A stretch of 63,091 nt of DNA, filler included, from Sphacelaria rigidula (taxonomy: Eukaryota): assembly GCA_964200075.2 (NCBI GenBank). It is 3 parts of 3 records of this genome, joined end to end, with 100 filler letters (N's around TTAATTAATTAA, not from the genome) between each part and the next. Parts side by side here need not be neighbours in the genome. Positions count along the whole stretch, not along the records: positions 21,101 to 42,070 come from CAXNAA020000477.1; 2 more parts are not named here. One strand, given 5' to 3'. Shown here piece by piece: positions 24,301 to 34,914 of this stretch. The position numbers were made by a program, and so were the translations under genes. How positions within the stretch are numbered: the stretch's first letter is position 1; each line of letters begins with the position of its first letter. The notes beneath the pieces are model-generated. The model saw nothing but the letters and a program-made list of their open reading frames with translations. It did not search any database and was not told the DNA's origin.

Positions 24301-26527
24301 GTGATGTGCACCGAAAGTGTAATTTGAGGCCCAGAGAGCTTGAGATCATCAGTGAGAGCGATGTGCGGCGAAACTGCTGTGGTTATTATGTTACTTTTAG
24401 TGAACGTCTCAGCAACATCTGCTCAAACACCCGGTACAGAATTGACGGTATCTCTACTCACACAGCACCTAATGCGACAACTCAAGTGGCTGTGCATAGC
24501 TAAGACACATGCACACGAGTGCATCAAGTTTCAGCGTGATGTGCTGTTGCCGCAAATGAAAAAGCTAGGGTAAAGGTGAAACCACGGAACAGCAAAGTAT
24601 CACGTCATCTTGTGAGGCGACGAGCAAAATCTTGGGCTTGAACGATAGCTGGTGGCATGCCCTACTTGTGCATGAAGTAACAGCATATGTTATGCAGGAG
24701 AGCGCAAGTATCGTGCAATCGCATTTCGGATTCCAGAATGGAAAATGACCATCGCATTGTACAGTATTGGCCTCTCTTTTGCCAGCAGTCGGAAATACAG
24801 ACTGGGCCGCCGAAGAAGCGGATTTTCCGTCAGTCGGTTCTAACTGACGATCTATCGCGAGTTGTACCTACCATGACACATCGTGGTAACATGCAAATCA
24901 ACGCGCGTCTTTCACTTCACGTAGCACTACGATCTGGCAAGTTCCCATCGAACGACATACCAAACTGTAGTCAGCTGCAAAGTGTAGAAAGTTGAGACTG
25001 GCAAGTGCGGCGGAATTAGGGGGGGAAACTGCTGAAATCGCATTTTCGGTTACAGTCGGTTGTGCCGCGGCCGCAAGGTGATGGTGCTGCACAAGTTGTG
25101 GTTGTACAACAATGCATGTCGTACTGTAGGCGCGCAGTGTCTGAGATGTCACGCAGACGAGACCTTCAGCGCGCCAAGGCGTCTGGTACTAGTGTGCGAA
25201 TCGGTGAGCAGTGGGTAAACAAAGCTTGTAGGAAGAGTCAGAGTTTCGGCTGAGGTTGCTGTACTCTAAGAGCAAGTCAACCGGTTCCTAACAGAAAATC
25301 GCGGTTGCGCTGGTCAATTTTGAGTCGTTTGCCATGAAATTTCAACAAGATGTACATGAGGTGTGTGCAAAGCCCCTATCGTTTCCCCTTCATTTTTCTT
25401 CCCCTCATAAATTATTGATGATCGAAATTTCGGAACAATTTTATTCGGTACAAAATCGTCGACAACTCATCGAAAAAAAAAATCAGAGGGCGACAATAGA
25501 GTCTTTGCAACATACCTCATGCGCATCGTTTCAAAATTTCGTGGAAAAAGACTTGAAAATGAACAGCATGACCGCATTTCATTTTTTCGTGGCTGGTCCA
25601 TCTCCACGTAGGAACCGGTCTCCGACACGAACACGCGATTATGCAGCTCAATTTTGAATCGCGTTTTATGAAATTTCGACACGATGTACAGGACATGTGT
25701 GCGAAGATTCTGTCATCTGCCCCCTACATGGTTTGTTTTTTCTCCGTGAGTTATTGGCAACTAAATATTTCAGAACAGTTTTTTTAAACTAAATTGTGAA
25801 ATAAGAAGAAAAAAGCAGGGGGCAGATGATGGAGTCTTTGCCCATACGTCCTGTATATCGTGTCAAATTTCATAGGAAACGACTCATAATTGAGCTGCAT
25901 AATAATCGCGTGTTCACATCCCTGTCCGCGTCTCGGGCTGCCCAGCCTGTATCAATCGTCAGTTTGTAGGCTGCAATAGGTAAACTTAAGCGGAAGTTTA
26001 TGGCGGAAGTACCCATGGACATGGCTTATAGTTGGAGGTCATTTTGACGGTGGTTTCATCTTCATCAAGTCTGCTCACCCCACCATGCATCGTTTTCGAT
26101 ATGGGCAATAAAAAACGTGACATTGAACCAGGCCCAGAACAAGATCGTACCGCCCGTCACGATATCATGGTGAATGACAGCTAAATCTGTCACCTGTGTG
26201 CCCTGTGGCGTCGGAGATGTATGTTGTCATGGCGTTTTGTTGCACTGCGCCAAGTGGATACTTTCAAGACGGCTAGAGGAACACCCTATAAGGGCATATG
26301 TGCTAGATGACACACACCGATCAAAGCATCGCTATGAGGCCCCTTTTCGCGGAGCTGGCACATCCGCGGAGCACCGAGAGCGGAGGAAAGCCGAATGCAC
26401 AGGCAAACTTGGGGGTATTGTAGTACTTGCTTTCCATAACAGCCCCATGCTCACTCACAACTGTTTGGTAGAACTTGACCAGCCGTGGCTTTCCATGGTT
26501 ATTTACAATAATCACTCCTCGAATCAT
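21309..26527 (-). CDS. AP3S: AP-3 adaptor complex sigma subunit (clathrin adaptor small chain); 3' end missing at the contig linker
   Basis: Exons 26527-26459 (MIRGVIIVNNHGKPRLVKFYQTV), 22067-21860 (…KLIYRHYATLYFVFAVDSQESDLGILDLVQ) and 21379-21309 (VFVEALDKCFENVCELDLIFHSDK). All introns are GT-AG and phase-compatible. The motifs are characteristic of sigma-3. Confidence 0.92.
25301..25915. repeat. Two tandem foldback hairpins inside AP3S intron 1
   Basis: Inverted pairs at about 25301-25575 and 25629-25915. For example, gaacacgcgattatgcagctcaatt...catctgccccct is mirrored by agggggcagatg...aattgagctgcataataatcgcgtgttc. The two hairpins resemble each other. Confidence 0.75.
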
Positions 26528-27034
26528 CTCTGCACCTTGCCCTTTCCCACTGCCCTTGGTGCTCTCCTGTCTTGTCGCCCAACGTGGACTACACTAGGGC
26601 GAAGTATTCACCATAGTTTGCCGCGGTCTTGGGCTATTCGAGCTGCTTGATTTTTTCATATTTCACCTTCACTTGCCACAATTCAGACCCGCTATTTGAA
26701 AAGAGAATATCTCCTGTCGGCAAAGGCAAAATCAGCGATAAAGACACAGAGACTTCCTACAGCATGAAGTTACCAAGAATAAACCATAGACCATGGGGCT
26801 GGGAGGTTATGCTTGCACACATAAGCAAACTACTGAAGCAACCGACTACCCTCTCACAGATTTGGAATATGACATTATTTGTTACATCGGTGTCGCAAAA
26901 CAGTCCGCACCCTAAGAGCAACGTGGGTTGGGGCCGTGCTCTTGACAACTCCCGTTGTGACCTCAGTTCTGACTGTGTGCCGCATAACCAGAGATACACA
27001 AGAAGATCTACTGATTCTGAGAGCACGAAAAAAT
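26528..27034. promoter_or_regulatory. Putative bidirectional promoter region between AP3S and the IWR1-like gene
   Basis: Divergent ATGs only 507 bp apart in otherwise gene-sparse DNA. Confidence 0.5.
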
Positions 27035-30000
27035 ATGTCTCATGCACCAGCACATCGAAAATCTGCCAAAGCTCGAGCGAACGCCAGGCAAACCCGCCAC
27101 ATGGCAACCCGGACAGCCACGCCGGCCCCGCATCAGGTCATCCTCAGGGTAAAGCGCAAACGGTCAGATGTCGCCGTGGACAGCTTGCTGGTCGCTGCCA
27201 CAGAGGATGAAGGAGACGAACAGCAGAAAACCGCGGGATTCCTGCGTCACAATAAGCGACGTGCCACCACCAGGACCGGAAACATAGAAGAGACCATGGC
27301 CTCTCTAACCTTGGACCGAACCAACGGCAATATAAACAACTCTGCAGATGCGGGAGATCGGCATGGGGGCGCTGAGGGCGGCATGGACGCTCCGAAGCAG
27401 AAGTTAGTCTACAAACGGGTACGAACGACGGAATCCGATGGATCCTCTTCGATAGTTCGTAGAAGAACATCAGAGAAAGCACGAGAAGGGCAGGAACAGA
27501 CAGGTGATGATGTGGGTGTTCCTCGACAGGCCACAACAGCAGCGACGAGGGGTCCTGGCTCAGGCGCCGCCGGAGGAGGGGAGGGTCATCTAGACGCTCT
27601 CCTTCGAGATGCGGGCACCAAAGCCAACACCTGTAGTGTCGGGTCAAATAATTTATCTTCGACAATGAGCGACATTATGAATTATCTGGAGGTCAGGCGC
27701 ATCAAGGCGAAAGGCGTGGCAGCGGCCACGAGCGATGCCGTTGCCCGACGGCCTGGTGATGATAATGATGGTGGAGACGGCCCGCGATTGACGTCGGCAG
27801 GTATGGTGGCGAGGTCATCAGGGGCGGACCTTCATGTGATAGATTTGCACCCTATTGCGGCACCTGTTCACCAAATGGTCGCGGCAAAAGGCGCGCATGG
27901 CGCTGATCTGGGGGGCGATGGGCGTCGAGTTCAGGGCGCTGCCCCAGTGCTGAACCCTGTAGAGAGGCGGATGGACGAAGCAATTTTCAAGGTGCCGTAC
28001 GGCGTTCTCGCTTTATAGCGAAAAAAAAATGATCAAGCGCGTCAACTTTTTGAACGTTGAGCTGTAGGTTACTGATCGTAGATCATGGAGACTTTTGCCC
28101 TTTGCATCTGCGTTATAGTCATTTACCACACCATCCCTTCCCGCTCATCGACAACATCACACGGGACGGGGATTCTTTTTCACAGACAATTTCATTCACA
28201 AAGGAACTTCTTTTGATAAATCCAGGCGGCCCGCTGGCGATTTTCTTGTGTTGTTCTTGCTCCTGTGTCACAAGCCCATATCCTCACACCCAACAACTCC
28301 GTACAGATGGTGATGATCAGGGACAACTCCCTTACATAACGAATCAACACATTTGCCGTAGTGGTCTACCGACTCCCAGAGCATGGTGTGGACCGCCGCC
28401 ATCCTGTTCCTACCGATGTTGACGTCACGGTGATACGTGTTCGTATTGTTTGTGCCTCGATTGCATATATATGGAATATCCACCTGTATCGAGAACGGTC
28501 TGAAAAAATGACACCAGTCACCGGTCACATCGACGGCGGTAGCAGGATGACGGCCACGATCCAGACCTTTTTCCATAGATCGCTCCGGTAAGTGTATCGG
28601 TATATTATACAAGAGAGCTAATTCCCATCATCGTCATGTGTGGCAAGTTGCAAGCTAAGAGGATGGGGGCTGTGACACAGCGGCATGGAAACACACAACA
28701 GAAACGCAATGCGGGCCGATCGAGAAGTCGAAGTGACGGGAAATCTACATCTCCACAAGATATGACCCCAATCCACCTACACCTTCCCACCATTTTCACG
28801 ACCCAAATTCCCTCTTCAGGCGTTTCGATCAGGTGACATGTCAGGCGTACGGGAAGTTGTCGCCTCATCCCCTGCCGTGGTCAACTACCGACGCCGACTA
28901 GGCGACGGCACAACCGCGCTCATGGCCGCCGCATTTCACGGTGACCTGCAAACCGTCCGCCACCTGTTGTCATTGGGCGCGAAGGCAAGTTTAGTGGACG
29001 AAGGGGACAAAAGCGCCGCGCTAATCGCAGGAATGCGCGGTCACCGCGGGTGCTTCGCCGAGCTACAGCGCACTGCCGACGAAGAGAATGCTCGTTCTTC
29101 TTTCTCGACTAGTGGACAAAAGCATGGCGGTGGCAAAGGTGGAATGCGGGGGAAGCGCGCGGATAATCGTGGCGGCGGCGAAGGCGACGGTGGTGGTGTA
29201 GGTGGTGAGTTTGTGTACGATCTGTACTGTTTCGAACCTCCCGTTGCGCCAGGCGCACGGCGATTCAACGGACAGGATGGCGTGACGATAAGTGGCACAC
29301 ACGCTTGTGGGCAGAAGGATCTGGATCGAAGAGATTGCGGCGTATGTGGAGGAGATGCGGTGAGTTTCTGAATCCCTACTTCGCTGTCAGTGCTTTTTGT
29401 TTTCCCGCCATACTTTCAACACCACTTCTTCCCCGAGACGAGTCTAACGCCTTCAGGGATCAACCCATCTCTCCCCCGGTGCCTACCCTGTGTTTTATAT
29501 ATCGAGCATTTGATCAGCGTTCCCGCAAGCCATCGACTGTCGCTGATTGCGTTGTTAGCTCACGTTTTCACGCTTTCCACGACGGGAAACAGCGCCCTCA
29601 CTATCGGGATTCGGACCCATCACTCCGCCCGAACGGGGTGTGGTGGCTTCAGTCCAATAATGTGATGTCAATCTTCGAAATATGTACGTGAACTGTTTGT
29701 TCGTAACATAGTATGCCGTAGGTTTTCACTGTCTGCCTGTTTTTGCGGGGCATGTGATTTTTGCCATGTTTGTAGCTATGCCCTTTGCGCCAGTGTTTTC
29801 CTGTACTAACTATGTGATAGATACAAGCGGCCATTACATTGCCTCTCCCCGAAGTGCTCGTTCGGATCCGACCTCCAGACGAGAACGAAAGTTGTAAAAG
29901 GGACAATACTCGAACCCCAATATCGTCCTCCCGTCACATTTTCTCGGAGCACTCAATACACTGCTATCTCTACGTTTCTACCCCGGCCACTCAGACACCG

Positions 30001-31297
30001 CAGAAGCCTTCACCAGGAGTTCCCGTTGTCCGGTTGTCGGGCATCGGGCCCATTGACACCAACGCAGTCGGGACCGCAGGTGCTGAAGGATTAGAATTAA
30101 AATTTGAACACGATTCTGACTGGAGCCAGCTCGGGGATGATGAAAACGGAGATGATCCCGACTCCAACTCTGAGGGATACCATGGCAACGACTACCCCGA
30201 GGTATTGATACCTGCTCTGGTTGGCGCTACACTTCTCAGCACTCGTGTATAACAGAAAAGCAGGGCACATCTGTTACTTTTGTTGATGTATCATCTTGCC
30301 GCCATCGATTAAAACAGTGATGAGTCAGCTGTGCTCGTTGGGGCGAGATTGTTGAGGCGTCTCGAGGGTCTGTGTGGATTGGAGTTGCGTGTGATACTCT
30401 ACATGCACATCCTTGGGCCGGAACAGTTTGCATTCATTGAATTTGTTGATCGATTATCGTACCTAAACCGACCCCCCAGGGATCCAGACGTGGTCACAAA
30501 TTAATTCAAGTCTGGAAAGGAAGTCGACCATGTTCCATGAGGCCCCAGTGGAATTCGTGCACAAGCACCCTCCGACAGCGTTCGATATTGTTGGCGAAAT
30601 CAAATTCCAACACTGCCCGTAGCAACGATCATCATCCGACGCGCGCAAGGTTTGCCTAGCTACGAGTGTAGTCTGTTGGTCCAGAGCTGTGGGATCTCCT
30701 GCTGTGCACTATCGTCCGTTGTTTGGTTGCTCTGCCTTTTGATGATGTTGCTTCATCTTTTTGCCTTTCCCCGTGCAATCCCAGGACGAGGACGATGCCG
30801 TTAACGAGGAAGTGGGCTATCTGCACGGCGGATCTTCATGCGATTCAGAGGTCGGGAGCAGCAGCGCCGGTACCCTGAGTAGCGACGACGGGCAACAAAC
30901 GAACCGCCAGCGTCGAACCTTGAAAAGTGTGTATGGCAACATCGGACGGGGCAACGATCATTGCACTAGTAGTTTCAGTGGCGGAGCGGCCTCTCAGGAG
31001 TTCAGTTTTGCAATGGATGTGACGGGTCGCCGCATGGGGGCGTCTTCGCTGCTGAGCGCAGCGTCGGGAATGCAGGATCGTGATGGTAAAGCCGCTGGCA
31101 TTTTCGGAGGTGGAGCGTTCGGCAACAGTGCAGCTGGTGCAAAAGCAGAAGTGTTCGCGTGGGACCCTGTGCGTGCCAGTGCGCATGGTCAAGAAAGTGG
31201 GGTTATGGTGCAAGCTGAGCTGCACGGTGGCGGTGACGATATGGATGAGGTTCTTGATTCGGGTAATGATGGTGATGGTGAGGACCACTGGCTTTAG
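27035..31297 (+). CDS. IWR1: Iwr1/SLC7A6OS-like RNA polymerase II nuclear import factor with an internal ankyrin-repeat module (~738 aa)
   Basis: Exons 27035-27991, 28820-29359, 29995-30201 and 30785-31297, all GT-AG and phase 0. The N-terminal ILRVKRKRSDVAVDSLLV, EFVYDLY and DDPDSNSEGYHGNDYPEDEDD motifs match Iwr1-family signatures. Exon 2 carries GTTALMAAAFHGDLQTVRHLLSLGA...DEGDKSAALIAGMRGH (ankyrin consensus). Confidence 0.85.
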
Positions 31298-32049
31298 GTC
31301 GGGTGGCGGACTGTGCACACTCTTGACCAATAGATTACATTGGCAGAAAGTGTAGTCCGTGCAGTATCGAGTCTGTTGTCTCGTACGTAATATAGACAAT
31401 GAATTCGATCCTGTACGCGGTACACTTTTTTGCCAATGTTGTCCAGGATGTGAAACTTCGAACTTCGGGGTATGACGATGTTCTGTTCCTGTTGCGTGTT
31501 GCATAATGTGGCGTGAGTCCAGTAGGACTCAGAGGGATTCGTTATGTTGACCGGCACGCTACTGGCACGCAAAATGTTGAGCCGGTGGTGTATCCAATGT
31601 CTTCATGTCCACACCATCAACCCGAAGGGTGCCGACAACGTACGGCGTACTCCAAGGTGCAAGGATCCGCATACGAAGTGGGTCACCCGGTGTCACAGTC
31701 ATGGACATCCCCATGAACTTTTTACGCACAGGCAAAGTAGGACGGTAGGGCTGTACGAACAAGATTTTTTCTTCGTGCTCTCTATGTTTGAGGGGTGGGG
31801 GTAGCGGGGGCGGTCAAAATCCTGGGGTGTAAAAACGGTTACGCGAAAGTAAATATTATTGAAGGAGTGATATATTTATATATTCTATTGGATTTTGGTG
31901 AGTTGTTTTTGGTGTGGTCACGACGTACAGATGGTATCCCATGTTTTCATGGTTGGGTTTAAAACAGGAAAACTTTACGAGTGACAGATTGTGTCTTCTG
32001 CTGATGGCACTACGTCGTGTGTAGGCAAGGCACGTCCTCCGTATTGTGT

Positions 32050-32407
32050 CTACCTAGCGTGTGTGGGTTGTCATCCCAGCTATTCTGGACGCCAGTCTAC
32101 ACCTTTCAGTATATGTGGGCGCACCAGCCGGGGTCACTCAGGAGGGAGGCCAACAAAGGAGTTTTTTCTTTTTCACCTGTTTTAGATCTCTACCCTCCTT
32201 CTGCGGTTCTCGCCTTCTTTTTCGTCGCGAGAGGGGTTCAGCTTTCCCTTTCCCTCGTCGACCGTTCAGTCGATTTTTGTGTACCCACGACATAGTCGCT
32301 CTCCACTGTCGAGCATTCTGTGAGAAAAAATCCCACATCGCTCTGAAATTCGAATCCACGACCCAACCATCAGGAGGTTTCGAGGTTACCAACTGAGCCA
32401 CCGGAGC
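32050..32407 (-). mobile_element. tRNA-derived SINE, copy 2 (longer)
   Basis: Minus strand starts GCTCCGGTGGCTCAGTTGGTAACC (A box) and has GGATTCGAAT (B-box-like). The body matches 4990-5217 and the tail matches 4700-4781. Confidence 0.7.
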
Positions 32408-34127
32408 GAGCGGCTCACACAGTGATTCCAATAACACTACTACTATTACTGCCTCTACTACTACTATAACTAACATACGACGGCGAAGAAAACTTTTCAT
32501 TCCGTATTCATTTTTTAGTTATTGCATTGTTTCCATGATTTTCTGTTCATGTTTTTTTCGGGAACCTGCGTGACCGTGTTTTCAATCAAGGCCGTGAACG
32601 TTTCTGTTGCAGATTTACAAACTGTTCGCTCCCGAGAAAAACTCTTGTCTTGTCTTCTGCTGCGTGTATCATCCAGTTTGGCGCACAGACAGCCCCGACA
32701 CTGTGCGGTGGTACATGCATGTGAGCATGTCGCTGCTCTCCGGGAAGTACATTATGATCTTGGGTGCCTGAGGGGCTGATGATATACCATCGAAGGGAGA
32801 TGTTACGTGGAGAGTGTGGCAAGTAGATTGGCCACCAAAAACGTTGGTCCTTGCTACAAGATTGCCGTGTTCTTGCACAGCGCGGGGGGCGTATAAGGGG
32901 GGCTTGGGGTGCTCTCCACTGAAACATCCTGGTGGATGTACGTACCAATGCATACGGTGGTTCCGTTCAAGGTGTGATCGACGAGGCACGACCAGTGCAC
33001 AACCTCTGGGCCATGGGTCGTGGGTTGAACTCAGTCATATGACAAACTACAAGGGAAACAGATACAAATAATTCAATATGCCCAGCATAATCGCGGCGGG
33101 GAAGCTCAACCTCGCTATGCAAGGATTTGATCTGGATTCGGTGGTCAGTTTCAAACCCGACCGTCACTCATACCCGTTCCCAACATCCAGATCGCTACTT
33201 GGACGTCATTCGGGTGTGCCACGGGGGGGTTCGGAACACCAATAATAGAAGTGGTTTGTGGTGGAGAGATAGAGCTTACAAAAAAACATATTTGCTGCGA
33301 ACCAAAGGATATGACTCTAGCAGCCGGAGTCATACCGTTTGCTGCGAGCGATTATTTGTGACCAGGCTGCGACCAGGAGCACCATGTTGGAAATTCCATC
33401 ACCTCTCCGTTCTTTCGCCCCCCTCCCCGGGGAGGCGGGGGGCGGGGGTGGCGTACTATATTGTTACTTGCCTTGGTCATTTGATCGTTGACCACGCACC
33501 GTCCCTTTCGAGACGGAGCGCCGTTCCTAGTCCTATGAAGACACCTCGAACACTTGAACACTTGAGCGCTCATTACGCTTCTTCCATACACCACACAGAA
33601 ACATTTCACATGGTATTATTATCATATCCTCTTCGCGTTTCGGTGTCTTTGGCCGCAATCCATGTTCCAGTATAACAATCGTTGTCTCGCTACTGTCTAT
33701 TATGGCGTAACGCGCGATCATTCGATGCGACCTTTGTTTATTCCCCACATTTCCCCCTCTATAAGGCCTACCAAGCACACAAGATACGGAAAAAATAAAA
33801 AACGACGCACGACACAAACAAGCGCAAAGTAGCACCAGCAGTAAAATGAGGGATGCTATGCGAAATACATCGAAAAAAGTAAAACGATAATTTCACCCAG
33901 AGCACGACGTGAATGTTGGGCACAGGAGGAATAACTGTTGACTAACCGTATAATAGAGGTCTCCATTCCGGCAAACGGAACACTTGATTATTGGGATCGA
34001 AAGTGAGTTTAGAAAAAACAAATTTCACACGTGGGTAGCCTCCTAGGTCAGGGCTTCGCCGCTGTAGCACACGTGCACTTGTTCTCTCCTTCTTGTGGTG
34101 TCAAGTACCGTAAAATACGGTGACATC

Positions 34128-34862
34128 ATGAAGACCGCACTGCCAACTTCTACTCTAGGTGCAACTCTTCTCGCGCTGCAATTGTCGAACAAGGCTCATG
34201 ATTCCCACGGTTTTGTCGCTCCAGGTGAGTAAGAACATGATCGTGACTTGCCTACTGTACTGTATGATACTTCATATCTACAGTGACGGTCAAGCAGCGT
34301 GACAAACGCCTGTCTTGTCTCAAGCCAGCTTCTCGCTCCATCGCTGTATAAACGCATCTGCGCCTGCATCACCGATATGTAGCAAGATAAAACTCCGTTT
34401 ACAGCCTATCTCCTTCACATGCGAGTTACACGGTGCCCATTTTTCATGTGTGCTCCACTGTCTGTTCGTTGTTTACAGTATCAGCACTCTTACCAGATAG
34501 TGTGCCACCGCACTTGAAAACTACACGTCAACGGCGTTGCTGCACCTAATCCTCATGAATATCTCATCACTTGTCATGTCGACTGTACGTCCGCTACAGC
34601 AACTCCTCTCTACTCTCTTTCATTGCCAACATCGCCACACTCGTCATGCTCATGTGTCCCTGATCAACAATAGGGAATGCACGTTTCACACCCTCTTATT
34701 GGGCGGCGCGAGAATTAATCTTGCCAGAGAGACGCCCCCTCCCGTCTGAAAGCGCCACGTGCTACCGGATGGCTACGGATCGACGAGGCGGGACGCAGCC
34801 TGAAAATGTTGGCGAACCGAATCGCAAAGCGAGGCGCGCGAAAAAAAAGGTATGAACATCAA

Positions 34863-34914
<52 letters not shown>

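Noticed and set aside
30845..31504. 219-aa minus-strand ORF
   Set aside because: Antisense shadow of IWR1-like exon 4.
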